Assembly (NCBI GenBank): GCA_053919585.1 | Contig: CM132796.1 | Source of the DNA: Euprymna scolopes | Lineage: Eukaryota | Strand: one strand, 5' to 3' | Length of the DNA: 64,000 nucleotides | Part shown: positions 39,631-53,280 of the stretch, in pieces | How the letters are laid out: each line of letters opens with the position of its first letter | Position numbering within the stretch: position 1 is the stretch's first letter | The notes under the pieces: generated by a model | What the model was told of the DNA's origin: nothing | Database searches by the model: none | Seen by the model: the letters and a program-made list of their open reading frames with translations, nothing else | Position numbers and translations under genes: made by a program

Positions 39631-40839
39631 ATGAAGAATCCCCAACTTCCAAGCATTTGCTACTTTTCCTGTACGCCTGGAACAATTCTTCGTCGGACAA
39701 TGGCCCTATGCTCCTTGTCCGGCTTATTTGGGACCATCCTCTTATTGTCTGTCAGCTTCAGTTTCCACGAAGAGTTGCAGCGTAACGGCGACGTAGCATA
39801 CCGATATGACGAACGGGAGCGTGGTAAGACTCAATGGGAGGCGAACAGTGCACATTCCGTGAGAAAATTCACTAGAGTCGCAATGTCTAGCAATGATTAC
39901 GACGCCCGATTGCATAAAGAAATATCTCGTTCCAACGGTTCCTCTCTCGTGTTTTCCTCTTTTCAAGGTAAATCCATTTCAGAGTCGGTCAATACAAGTG
40001 CGTTGTTAAATAGCGTTGGCATTGTACCTCAGAACTTCCCGCAATATCATAGCGTATTCCTTCTTGTAACAGTGTGCAGTCATCCGGAGAGATTGGAGTA
40101 TCGTCAGGCTATACGAGAAACATGGGGGTCAACACGTGGCCAGGAATTTCAGGTACTTTTCTTGGTAGGTAAACATGATGATCCATACTGGAACTCTTTG
40201 ATGGAGAAAGAGAACTCCTTACACGGGGACATACTACAGGTTGATGTTATTGATAGCTATCGGAATCTCTCGTTGAAGGTAATCGGTGGTTTGTGTTGGC
40301 TCGGCGAGGCCTTACAAACAGCTGATTATATTATGAAAACAGACGATGATGTTTATATTAATGTTTGGTATTTGTTGAGGCTCCTTAAAGAGAATATAAT
40401 CGATGGCCAGCAGATTCTGGGTGCCTTGTCAATAAAATCCCCAGTCAAAAGGGACCTTCGTGACCCGTGGGGTGTTAAATACAGCGAATTTGCGCCTAAG
40501 ATATATCCTCCTTACGTATCGGGCGGTGCATATGTCATGTCCCGAAATGCTGTACAGAAACTCTGCATACAGAAAGGTACCCGAAAGTCTCCGTTTGTTC
40601 ATCTAGAAGACGTGTATGTGACGGGAATTCTTGCACAGGCAACGGGAATCGGGCATGTTGCGCATTCGGGTTTCTCTTTTTGGACGAGCAAGAAAGCGAA
40701 GGCGACAGACATAGCTAATAATAAGCGCGTGTCAAGCGTTAATATGACACCAAACCAGATTTACAAACTACATTGGCAGGCAAACGCCTTACTCGTAAGT
40801 ACAACTTCCTTATTGTCAGGCAAAACTATCGAACGCTGA
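39631..40839 (+). CDS. Beta-1,3-galactosyltransferase/GlcNAc-transferase family protein (GT31, Galactosyl_T), type II membrane
   Basis: 402-aa intact ORF with N-terminal hydrophobic anchor. Motifs RQAIRETWG, DSYRNLSLK, KTDDDVYIN (DxD), YPPYVSGGAYVMS, EDVYVTG. Alternative start at 39700. Confidence 0.95.
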   Translation: MKNPQLPSICYFSCTPGTILRRTMALCSLSGLFGTILLLSVSFSFHEELQRNGDVAYRYDERERGKTQWEANSAHSVRKFTRVAMSSNDYDARLHKEISRSNGSSLVFSSFQGKSISESVNTSALLNSVGIVPQNFPQYHSVFLLVTVCSHPERLEYRQAIRETWGSTRGQEFQVLFLVGKHDDPYWNSLMEKENSLHGDILQVDVIDSYRNLSLKVIGGLCWLGEALQTADYIMKTDDDVYINVWYLLRLLKENIIDGQQILGALSIKSPVKRDLRDPWGVKYSEFAPKIYPPYVSGGAYVMSRNAVQKLCIQKGTRKSPFVHLEDVYVTGILAQATGIGHVAHSGFSFWTSKKAKATDIANNKRVSSVNMTPNQIYKLHWQANALLVSTTSLLSGKTIER

Positions 40840-42023
40840 ACTAACTGAAACAGTGATAAAACATACACATAACCTACGAAATATGGCGCGATACGTTTGT
40901 CCAGAGTTTAGTCTGAAGAGTAAGCAAGAAATGTGAGCGAAGAGGTGTCTAGCGGCCATTAAGAGGACGCATAGGCAGAAGCCGTTCACTGGCGCGTGCG
41001 ACGAGTTGGCGCTTCTTGTGTCGGATGGAAGATTTGGCGAGAAGCTGAATTGTTTTCATTGCCATTTACATACAAATGCCTTATCACTACTCATTAGACG
41101 GTGCAATGTATTAAAGCTTCTCTCAACATACACCGTTGACAAAACTGGCGGGGACCAGTTAAAAAGAAAAAGTATACATCGCTAGTATTTATTTTTGTCC
41201 TATCACTTACCGGCTTATAAAATTAGGAAATCTAAGTTCGAGAAATAAGGGACGGCATGTTACTTGAACAAGTTTGAATAAACAGAAATCGGTTGATTTA
41301 TTCAGAGAACTGATCTGATATTCCGTCCCCAGTCAGATAACCGTAGATTACTTATCTATATCCTCAGATCAAATTAATGGGTTCTCTTAAAGATTATATA
41401 AACAACTTGCATTAGGATGTATATGCCTTCAATATACAAGTAGAAGTTATTTTAAGCTTCAGTGTAATTTTTGCATGATATAAGTATGAAATATAAAAAT
41501 ATGTTCATGACAATTAATCTATAACGGATCGTATTTATTTAATTTCACTGTAAAATCATCCGACTTAATGATGATGTCCGTTGAGTAAGAACAAGTCCGT
41601 GTAGATATTACTTGTAAATAATGTTTTCATCCTACTAAGCTTTGCTCACATACAGTGCAATGGTTTCAGTAATATACTGAAAGTATATATACTGAAACTA
41701 TATATACGTATATATTTAGAGTAATGTATAATGCATAATATACACTATGTTTAGATAAAAACAAACGATATAAATAATGACAGGTGAACCGATTAAGACT
41801 TAACAGAACCTCTGTAAGTCTTAATCTATATAATCTTTTAGGAAACCAAAAGTTGAATTATAAGACAACAGAAAGAATCAACAATGCAATTTATATAAGC
41901 TTCTTTACTGTCGTCCGTAATTTCACTTTGTTTTCTTTAAATATTTTGACGATTCTGAAGTTGGTTTTAAGTCTAAATATACACCCACACACCCACTCAT
42001 ACACACACATATGTATATATATT

Positions 42024-42055
<32 letters not shown>

Positions 42056-43188
42056 CCGTAGAAGAAAGAAACATTTCCTCAGTTATTATAAACAAAAGCA
42101 TATGATATAATATTCTGCCGTATACAATCCGAAAATCAAATAGAAATATAAAACTTGACTCTCATGCGATATTTACAATATCAGTTTTATGTGTTTTAAG
42201 AAATATAAAACTACCGCTGACAAAAGACAAATCTTTTTGCCACAGATTAATAGAAACACATGATTTCTAACGATCGCAATGACATTTTTATTTCATATCT
42301 GCTATATATTTATTTGCAGAATATATGAAAAAAATACTAGATATTAAAACCGAAAATTAAAAAAAAATGTAACGAATATTTTTCTAAAAACAATCAAAAG
42401 TAGGAAAAAAGGCACACGATCCAATTCCGGATCTTCATACTCTGTAGATAAAAAGAAATAATTTAAAAAAATGCTCGACTTAAAGACTGTAAAAAGAGAT
42501 ATTTTTCTAAATTGTATTAAGCCTGAGATTTTTTTTTCTATTACAAAAATGCTTTTATGGTAATTGATTTTGTCAAATGGTGAACAGTATATCATCGATT
42601 GATTTCTGTCGATTAATCGAAGTATTGCAATACATATTTATTGATTTGATCAATATTCTTTGTTATTTTTAATCAAATAAAATGAAAAGAAATTGAAATG
42701 GTGCATGTATATATTTTGCTTTCAGATAAAGCTACATGTCCTGGCCAGTTGCATAATGTTGTTGCCGTCATTGGTACAAAAACCCGGACAAAGGAAATAT
42801 ATGAACACAACGAGGGGAAACGTGTAAAATGTACAATGCTGATTAAGATGGTATACGCAATTCACACAAAACCGCCGTAAATGTACATTTATTACGCGAC
42901 GAAACAACTTATATATTTACCAATACATTTATTCAGGCAAACATCATTGCTACATATGTGCATACATATTATAATTGCGATTTCTGACGAAACATGGTAA
43001 CTCCAGGCAGAGAATTGCCTGAGGATGTTGTTTTGTGAAAAATAATGCAAATATACGAAAAGCAATAATTTTGTATCTTTACAAGAATTTGTTTTAATAC
43101 TGATTTATTCGTTACTGAACAAGTTTTTAGCATTGCGCTCATTAAATTAACATTTAAGAAAATTACGGCAATAGTCATACTTTCTCTA

Positions 43189-43231
<43 letters not shown>

Positions 43232-43327
43232 TTGAAGGTATTTAAGACTGATAACTAATTTATTAAGAGTTCTCAATAAATTAACAGCAAAAATATTTTA
43301 TAATATAAACAAATTTCCATGGTCGCG

Positions 43328-43458
43328 ACACTGGAAATGCTAATATTTCGGAAAAATTGTCGGCTGATGTCCTTATCAGGCGACTTTAACCACTGCTTTC
43401 CACAGAAGAAACCAGTCCTAAACCGACCATATTTCCAAAACATTCGCATGTCCAGTGT
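43328..43458. repeat. Small inverted-repeat (MITE-like) element
   Basis: Arms 43328-43363 and 43423-43458 are imperfect reverse complements. Confidence 0.6.
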
Positions 43459-43959
43459 GCAAATTAGTTCACATTTATAATATATAAGATTCTCTTTAAA
43501 AATGAAATGTTTCTTATTATATTGATAAAATTATTGCATAAAGTATACACTATTAATGTTTACTATTTTATATATTTTTGGTTTTGAGTAGATGCATCAT
43601 TTGCTCTTTAATGTAAATATCAAATAAAAGACAAAAAGCTTAACAGAAATTCGAATATGTAATCTCAAATTATAGTGTTGCGGGACAGGAGTTTGAATGT
43701 TTTGTATAAAAAACGTTTTGTTTATAATTTTTTGTAAGATCGTTTCCAAAACATTAAACGATAGTTCATTGTTTATTAAATAATCAAATTCATTTCATGC
43801 TTATAACTGAAAAAGTGACATTTCCTCTGATTATTACTAAATAAGTAAATGTAAAATAACAATTTAAGCTTATTAAGCGTAACGAAATAAAAATTACATT
43901 TTCATTAGTTAATACACTAATATATTATATATGACCTAATAATAATGTACAAAAATTAC

Positions 43960-44222
43960 AGGTCCTGGATATGACCTTAAACCATATCCGATAGTGAGGC
44001 TCCAGCTTCCGGGTTTTGGGGAGTGTACATCCGCCTCTTAATTTCCATTACTCCCAGGTCCACTCAGACCCGGAGTGGTAGTACCTGTTAGTCTCCCAAG
44101 TATGGGTTCAATAGAAATCGATATAAAAAATATATTCTATTAAAATTATTTTCTTAAAAATCACTGGATTCGGCATTAAATAACATGAAAAGAGTTTATA
44201 TGTCTTAAAACAAAACAACCAT
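43960..44222 (+). mobile_element. Probable SINE body and tail fragment
   Basis: GC-richer block with ccaggtccactcagacccggagtgg and tail ggcattaaataac...aaaacaaaacaacca. The tail motif recurs inverted near 11806-11820. Confidence 0.45.
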
Positions 44223-46829
44223 CAAAGATTACATGTAATAATCTTTTTTCCCAACGTCAATATAATGTTATCCATATTAGTTCTGAGATAATGTTCCAAA
44301 CTAAGATTTTATTATGATTATTTAAATTAATTCTCTCTCATTATATATATATATATATATATATAATGTAAACTAGTGCAGTCCAATGCATAGATATGAA
44401 TACGTTTGTGTTGAAGTATACATGCAAATGCTACTACGCTTACATATATTGAAATATAGATGTATGTCAAAAGCGAATATTATAAATTATACTTCACCGA
44501 GTAAATGTGCTAAAGAGAAATCTATTTTCTAAATCAAAGTTTTCATATTGTTGCTTTATGCCAATGTTTCCGCGTATAATAATTTAAGGGTTTGTTTAGT
44601 TCACAACGCGAATGATTAAATAACTCACATTTGCGACTAAAACAGTATTTGCTGAGTGGAGTTACCACCAATAGAAACTTAAGCATAAAATATATATATA
44701 TCGCATTGTTGGATATAATATCTATATTAAAACATAAATTGTTTTGATCTAAATGTTTGAGTTTTATTTATTTTTCTGTTGTCTGATTTGTATTTTTTTT
44801 TTTTTTTTTGGAGGGGGTTACATATACAAAGGTGACTAAAATTACTATATTTAATATTCATACAGCTTTGCCAGTGACTTACACTGTTCTGTAAAAAAAA
44901 AAAATCTATTTTCAGTGAGGGCAACACTTAAATACAATTGGGAATTACTGATAACGTCTACTAATTCATGGCTGACCTAAGGAGAACATGCTGCCTTCGT
45001 GGATTATATTATGTGTTCCATTCGAAATCACCGCGGAATTTAAAAAAAAAATATTGACGCTTTTAAGGACAGGTGTCCTGTTAACATTCCAGCCGTGGTG
45101 TTAAGGATATTACGAAAGTTACTTTCGTATATAATGATACAGACTTTGTTTACAGAAATGCGTTCTACGATATTTGATTTTTTTTCAGTCTGCCCAACAT
45201 GAAAAAGGTGATGTTATTCTCGGTTTAATATATATAAAGTTTTCAATCTCCTCAGTAAATGCAATAAGCATTTCGTACTGCAAGATAACTGGTAACGTGT
45301 TCAATGTAATATTGCAGCGAAACAGTGAATTTCATAATGACGGATGATATGCTCGTTTTATCTCTAAGGATATTTGCTCTAGATATAAATGTCTCGTGAC
45401 AGAAATGTTAACTTTAAACGTGCAAGAATAATAGACAATGTATTATCAACGGCAAATCAATGAAATGAGTTGTAAACGGTTAGTACTTTTAAGTATTAGG
45501 TATCAACGCCGGGGTTTCATATATAATAGTTTGAATCATTGCATACCATCTATTTATATATTTTGTTACTTCAGAGGTAGAACACATCATAATATCGTAT
45601 GAATTAGAATATTCTATTGGTGGCTTTGATTTCGCGTATATTTGTCTAATCAAAACTCTTTCTAGAAAAACTATCAGATACCCACACGAGAAACCACGTA
45701 AGGTTGCAATGTGTAGTTAGACAGGGTGAACTTAGTAGACCGAGGTTGTCAGCCCCTGACGTTAAACATTTGACCTACGTAAATAATTAGAGATAGTAAC
45801 TGATATCACAGCAGTTTTAGTGGCATTAAAGTACATAGTAATTTCTATTCTCTTTTTTTTATACTGAATTAATAATAGTAACCACAATTATTGTCAAAGT
45901 TCGAACCTTTTCTTTTTTGTCTCGGGTTGAAATGGACAAACGCCATCATTGACTCCAATCGTTCTGTTAAGGCTCCAAGACAGATATACACTCTATATCT
46001 AAAACCGAAGACTTATATTAAAAATCACATTCGCTATAAAACTTCCGCGTAGGTGCATGTGCTGCAAACGTTGCTTTGAATTATTAATGACATTTTTTCG
46101 CATTATTCCATGACGGACATTTTTAATGAATCGCCAGATCAAGTTGAGGAGTCTCTTGCTGTATTCCATTACAAAGTCCATTTATATATGATGGCCGGTA
46201 CAGTTTGCTGCCTTTTGCTGGATCAATAATAAATGCGTATATGTAGCAAGCTATATTTGAATACAACTCGTGGAATATAACGTTTCTCGTAACGATTACG
46301 AGAGCCTGCTTGACTGGAAGTGATTTTAAACGCAATATCAGCGTAACATGCTAGAAATGAATAAAAACGGCTTTACAACAGTTCAACCAGATCACCTTTG
46401 TAGTTTCTTCGAAGTGTACCGCACAGATAAACTGACAAACTATGAGAAATATACATTTATAATAGAATACGTTTGACATTTTACGATGGTACCCGTTTTG
46501 GATCACTTTTATGGACCTCTACGAGGATTAAATATGAGATATTAGGCATCTAAAACACAAGTCTAGAATATTTACTTTTACCTATTTCGATGAAAATATA
46601 TTAAGTGACTGACGTTTGAAAATATTAAAAATTCAAGAATTAAGCTTTACAGGTTTTAATAAATTATAATTTATGCAACTTTTCTTAATTAGTTTGCGAA
46701 AAAGAGAACGAAACAAAGACACAAAGATTTCAGTATAAAAAAGTAATATATTGTTCGTCTTTTATCAGAGTATAATTTATTTATTTATTTTTTTTTTTTG
46801 GTAAAGAAACTACTTTCATACGAATATGG

Positions 46830-47631
46830 TTTTTAGTCGCGTGCAAGCGACGACTCTATAAGTCACTCCGTCGGTCGGTCGGTCAGTCTGTCGGTGTGTC
46901 TGTAACACTTTTGTGGTTGGCCTTTTTGGTTGAGATCAAAGGTCTGTTGTTAATAGATGCTCTTCTTACCTTTTTGAGCTGTTCTTGGCCTTTTGCAAAG
47001 ATCAAAGTGTAGTATCTATCCGGCAGATACAGCAAGCAAAGACATATGTGGGGGCAGCCCCACATATAAGACCTTGGTCAATGTAGGGGCAACCCTTCAT
47101 ACTAATTGTCACCATCCAGCTCCCCTACTCCCCGGGGAGTTGGTCCCCATTCCCCCTTCACTCCTCACATTAAAGACCGGCCTTGTGCCTTATTTGCCCG
47201 GTGGGGGAGCAAATAAATACAGCTTTTTTTGGCCTTTTGGCCAACATCAAAGTCTAGTACCTGCTCTTACTACATGCTGTTCTTATTGTGATATAAAGTG
47301 GAGGATCACTTTTCTGTATTAATTTCATGTAAAGTGATCACCTACTTTACAACCAGTCAGTCTCAAAGCCATTCAAGTAATTCTCCAGATCATTCAAGTC
47401 TTTTTTGGAGGATTCCAGTTATTTTTTAAGCATTCACGTTATTCTTAAGTTCATTCACTTCATCCTTAAGTTCATTTAAGTCATTCTAAGTTATTTATTT
47501 TTATTTTTTTTAGTCATTTCAGCCCATTTTTCGGTGATTTAAGTTTATATTTAAGAATTTCATGCCAATCCTACATTCACGCATTCATTCATTACACGAG
47601 AGCACGCGACTAATGGCTATCGGCCTTGTTT
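46830..47631 (+). mobile_element. DINE-1/HINE-like non-autonomous Helentron
   Basis: Sub-terminal inverted repeats TAGTCGCGTGC (46834-46844) and GCACGCGACTA (47602-47612), 5' (GTCG/GTCT)n microsatellite, 3' hairpin GGCT-ATC-GGCC, T-rich flanks. Confidence 0.75.
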
Positions 47632-48000
47632 AAAGAAGCTTGATTGAGTAATTTAAAAATTGGCATTGCGTCAGAATATGCACGCATGCGGATTCCCTCG
47701 TATTCACACTTTACATCCCGTTTTAGAGAGGTGTACGTAGACATTATTTCATGTAATCCGTTTTTAAAAGTCTAATGTTTATAAATGCTTTTAAGTCGAA
47801 TATATAAAGGTGAAATTGTTTTCATTACAGAACCTATTATTCTTAAGAATGCATCTAAATATTAACGAGTTAAACGTGGTTTTCTATAAGCAATAAACAT
47901 TTGTCAAATCTATTAATCAGGCTTTCATTTTCGAAATTTGAAACCTTTTTATTGGGTTGATGAAGAGTTTAATGATTTGATGAGACCTTAATTTAATTTT

Positions 48001-51000
48001 ATTTTTTACATAGAGTTCACCACTTATCAAGGCCTGATGGCCACTCGGGGATAAGGGTTATTGTGTGTACAGTACTCAATGGGATAGTGTAGCAACAGTA
48101 TTGGAGAATTGATAAGGTGTCATTATTTAGGCGGGGGCGGTTCATCAGGAATTTGTTTGTGTTGGACTTGAAGTCATCCAGGTTGAAGTCGAGAGGGAAA
48201 CATGCAAGCGGAACAGAGTTCCACAGGCATGCAGTTCTAAGAAAGAAGTTTTGTTCGTCTACGTTTTGATTTAGGCACAGATAAGGAGTGGGGAAAACTT
48301 TTGACGGTGGTTTCAGCTAGTCGGGTGTTTTTTTTTAAATATTAGGGAGAGGGGCCAGAGAATAGAGCTCAGACGAGCACTTGCCATGGAAAAAACGATA
48401 GAACAAAGACAGGCTCACTACGTCTCTTCTGTGGGAAAGAGGTTGCAGGGAAGAGAAAAGGGCATCCCCCACCAAGCCACGAAGTCTATTTTGTACTCTG
48501 TCAAGGCAGGATAGGCTGTTTTAAGCAGCTCCTGCCCAGATGTGGCAGCAGTACTCCATTTTTGGATGTACTTGCCTCTTATATAGATAGAGAATTGCAT
48601 CAGTAGTGAGATATCTTCTGAAGCGGTAGAAGGATCCCACCATTTTCCCAGCGACCTTGGCCACAAACTTGATGTATGTGTTCCATTTCAGATCAGGAGT
48701 AAAGGTCAAGCCCAGAAGCTTATCAAAACATGCGGCCTCCCCTAGATGAGAGCCATCCATTTCAATTGATGCCAGATGGGGATCAGAGCGTTTATGATGT
48801 AGAGATAGGAGCTTTGTCTTAGATGCATTAAAGGTAACCAGCCAACTCTTTCCCCACTCTACCACGCGCTCAAGATCAGAGGAGAGAGAATCAGAGAGAA
48901 CATCATCATTTACGGCCTTTGATGTGTTGACATACATGGTCGTGTCATCAGCATAGATGTCAACGAAGGATTTTAGTATCTGTTTTGGGAGATCGTTAAT
49001 GTAGATTAGGAAGAGAGTTGGGTCCAGTATGGACCCCTGAGGGACACCAGCATTAATACTGTGTGCCTCTGATTTCTGCCCATCAACCACTACTCTTATG
49101 AGCCTATCAGAGAGAAATGATTTAATGATTGAGAAAACATTTCCAGTTATACCGTAGCTGGAAATCTTGTGTAGTAGGCCTTTATGCCAAACCTTATCGA
49201 AGGCCTTTGATATGTCGAGAGCAATTTCCCTAGAAATGAAGCCTTTGTCGAGAGATTCGCTAATCCTATGAGATATAACCGTTAGCACATATGCTGTAGA
49301 TCTAGCAGAACGGAAACAATATTGCGTGTCGCTAAGAAGGTTATTTCTGCTGAGGTGGTTGACTACTTCTCTATTTATTGTGGAGTCCAGCAACTTACTC
49401 ATAACACACAGGAGACTTATTGGTCTGTACTGAGAGAGGTATAACTTATCACCTGAATTCTTAAATACAGGGCATACTGATGAGGTTTCCCAGGGTGTTG
49501 GGAAGCACTTCTCCTTAAGGCAACGCTTAAATAGTTTGGTAAGTATGGGGGCAAGTTCTGGTTGGAATTTTTTAACACTATAATTGGAATACCTTCAGGA
49601 CCAGTTGCTTTACTGGAGTCAAGGTTCTTGATTAGCTTGACGACCTCACGCACAGATATTTGTATGTTGCATAACGTGTTGTCTGTTATAGGAGGGAATA
49701 TGGGGAGTTGATGGCCTTCGTCGCACAGGGTAGAATTTGCCGCAAAGTTTTTGGCAAATTGTTTGGCCTTGTCGGATGCTGTCGAGATGACCTATGGTCC
49801 ATTGATAATGGTTGGGATAGAACGCACGTTTCTGTTCAGAATCCTATTTGCCATTTACCAGAACTGGTGGGAACCAAGCCGCTGCTCAGCTACTTTGGAT
49901 TTAACGGATTGAGCATATAGTTCTCTTGCATTTTTATTACTCTTTTACAGTGGCTGCTGGCGGTCCTGAAGCAGCTTTAGTTTCAGTGCACCTATTACGT
50001 TGGTAGCTACGGAAAAAGTGATTTCTGTGTGCGATGGCAGCAGCACATACAGGGGAGAACCATGGCTGGCTGTTAGGTTTGTGTTGGAATTTTTGGATGG
50101 TATGAATCGGTCTCTGCCTACAAATAACCATTCGATCAGGTCTGATACTATAGAGGGCACATCCTTTTTAAACATGGAATGGAGAAGTAGATCAGACATG
50201 AATGTACGGAAGCTATCCAGTCCGCCATAGAGTATCGGTGTACAGTATGGTGGCGAGGTACTTCTGTAGATTTATTATATTTCATTTTTATCTTAACTGA
50301 TATGACGCAGTGGTCGGAGGATCCCAAAGGAGATGGAACATGAGCATAGCTCAGGGGAAGTTGAGAGAAAAAGGTCTAGAAGGCTTGCGTACTGACCGGT
50401 AGTATCGGGCACACGGGTGGGCTCTCGACCGATCTGAGTGAGGTCATAAGCAATGGCAAAATCATGACAGAACCTCCCCTAAACCTCAGGTTTATTTGAG
50501 TGGGTCAGCCATTCCACATTCTGGACATTGAAGTCACCACAAATGTGAATGTTAGCCGAGGGATGAGCAGATAGGATGTGGTCAATTTTCTCTGATATAC
50601 TCTTAAAGACAGTAACTCAGCTGTTGTGGGGGCGATAGAGGGCAAATATAAATGCGGCGGTGTAAGCAAGTGCAACCCGGAAGCACATATAAGGTAGATT
50701 AGGGACTTCTCTGGAGATATCCCTGCCACATGGGAAGCCATCTTTAATGTAGGCACATATCCCATGCCCGTTGCAATATTGGGGGTCAGATTTAGATGTT
50801 AAGTAAGAGTATCCTTTAATTATTAAATATAGGGAGGTTGTCGGCCCTATTTCAGTTTCGCTTAGAAAGAATATGTCAGGTTTCGTCTCCTGTAATTGGG
50901 TTTCAACCTCTGGGAGGTTAGAACGTAGACCCCTGATGTTGGAGAAGGAGACCTGGTAGTAGGGATTTACGTAGGAGGATGGGGTTCTAGGTTTATTCGT

Positions 51001-51100
51001 GTTTTCTTTATTGCCGATGCTCTATCTGATACCGTAGGGTTTTTCAAGTAATAACTCAGGGAGCATACGGGATAATCGATGAGTCTTCAGTGTCACGGGA
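48001..51100 (-). mobile_element. Near full-length CR1-group LINE (APE endonuclease + RT), disrupted
   Basis: Minus strand: FSNIRGLRSNL..KPDIFFLSET and SDHCVISV (APE); KATGPEGIP, ALDISKAFDKVWH, GVPQGSIL, YADDT, MEYCCHIWAG (RT); 3' tail near 48001. 5' boundary approximate. Confidence 0.95.
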
Positions 51101-52605
51101 AATCTTTTATTTCTCCATTTTTAACAGCGTATTCTGAGCGTAACTATTATCTTTTTTTAAATGGTAAGGCATTACGAATCTGAACTGCTTTTCGGATAAT
51201 ATAATGCTTTAATTGTATTTAATATTTAACGTTTGATTATTCTTTACCAAGAGAGTGCATGTTATAAAGTGATAATAATGCGATTGAATTATGAAAACGT
51301 TTTCATTATAAAACTGTAAATTTTATAAAATGCATTAAATTAAAGAGAATTAACACCCGATTACAATTTATGGAAAGACTTTGTATTTTAGCATATTTGT
51401 TGTCGCGTGTTTGTCATCAATGACTTATCAGAGCTAGTACATGTGTTTTCAAGCTGATAAATTCAGATACAACGCATTATGTTTAAAAATGGTGAATTGC
51501 TAATCTACAAATTCCAATTAAGCGTTATCCTAATCAATTGACCTATAGGAGGCCTTCTACTTTATCTAAGCTAATGTGAAAAATATACGAACCGATGCTT
51601 ATTCAAGTGAAAGAAATTATCTAAGGCGTAGACTTGAATAATATCCAAATCATTACGCTCCAGTAACCAATGAAGATTAATACCTTTCAACTGTTCACAG
51701 TCGATCGTGTTGTGATAAGCTAGATTATTAAGACTATATGGTTGAACTTGAAAGCAGTTATGCAAACAAGTTGCTATAAACTGATCACTCGTGTAGTAAT
51801 GTACATAACCAATTGCTAAAAAGGATCTGAGGTCATAGCATTTAGGCTAAAAAAATATGTCGGTGTCATTGGTCAATATAATAATGTGAGTAGTTTTACT
51901 GTGGACCAAATGCGATTAAAAAAATCTATATTATAAGCATTCCGAGTGTGTGCGTACGTTATCACTTTACACCAATTTGAAAAGTCAGATCGTCCGATCG
52001 CCAAAGATTAAATACAAATAGCAATTGAATAATAACCAATGTCGTTGTTTTCTAAAAAAATAAATTTTACCCGTTGTAAAGTGTTCTATTCCAAAGCCAA
52101 TTCATTATCATAAATAAAACAAATTGTAATGCACCCAATTGTTACAATTGACAATTAAATGGAAAAACTGTTTTATTTCTTTTAAGAATATTTAATTGAA
52201 AATTATTTTTATAATAGAAATTTTAAAACTATTAAAAGTATTCTTGTGTAGATAAAATTAAAAGTTGAAACGTTTCTTTATTAAAATGATATATAGAAAA
52301 AAAGAGAACATGTGTCAATCACACATACGATAAGTATACTCTTAGCTTGTGTGGTTTTGAGTTTGATAAATGGTAACTTTTTAGTGGAAATTGATCCAGA
52401 CAAATTATCATTAGGTTCTGCTATTCACAAATTATATTTATTTTGTTACTCCCAAACAAGATAGGCAGAGAGAAAGAAAAAATGATTAGTTAATGACTGT
52501 ATGCTATGTAATAGACTCAGCTTTTAACATAACTATCAATTTATACGGGTGACTCCACCCTGTTTACTATTTCTATATCACAATTAGCTGAAGTACCTAT
52601 CAACA

Positions 52606-53280
52606 TTTTTTTTTCAAATCGCCAATTTGGTGTAGGGGGCTACTATCAGGGGCAACAACTACTGGGGTACTATGTAGGGATTTGGGCAGCAAGATGTCGG
52701 TTCACGTTACACTTGAACTCCTGCATGTCAGTAAAGTTGAGGAAGCAGGGACCTGGAATGGAATTCCAAAGACTAGAGGTTCTGAGGAAGAAACTACTGG
52801 AGTAGAAAGATCTTTTACATCTAGGGATCTCTGTGTGGGGGCGGGATTTGGCTGCCTGTCAGGTTTGTCGATGGTGTCTCCGTGGTGGGCGCACGAGATT
52901 AGGCAGAGGGATGCTACATTTCGTCGATGGGACAGAGGCTGAAGCTTAGATGCTTAGATGCCAATTCCGGGCCTATCAGATATGCGACTCTCTTTTGAAC
53001 CTTGTCTAGGAGCGACTAGTAGCAGATGCACCAGCCCAAATGTGACAGCAATACTCCATACATGGGCGAATGATGGCCTTATAGAGGTACAGGATACTTT
53101 CGGGTGTTAGTAGTTTTCTAGCACAGTAGAGAGAGCCTACCTTCTTCGCAGCGGCCCTGGCAATGCTTTCAATGTAATTGTTCCAACTCATGTTTCCTGT
53201 GAACGTTAAACCAAGCAGTTTGAAAGATGTACTCTCAGATAAAGAGTAACTGGCCATTGCACTTGGTGGCAGAGAGGGGC
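52606..53280 (-). mobile_element. CR1-group LINE 3' fragment (same subfamily as 3350-5536)
   Basis: FKLLGLTFTGNMSWNNYI and LYKAIIRPCMEYCCHIWAGA; shared 'ctgatagtagccccctac' tail motif; poly(A) end. Confidence 0.88.

Noticed and set aside
51040-51095. Minus-strand CUGAAGA-CUCA...UGAG near the LINE 5' end
   Set aside because: GAAA does not follow the stem and no stem I/III is found
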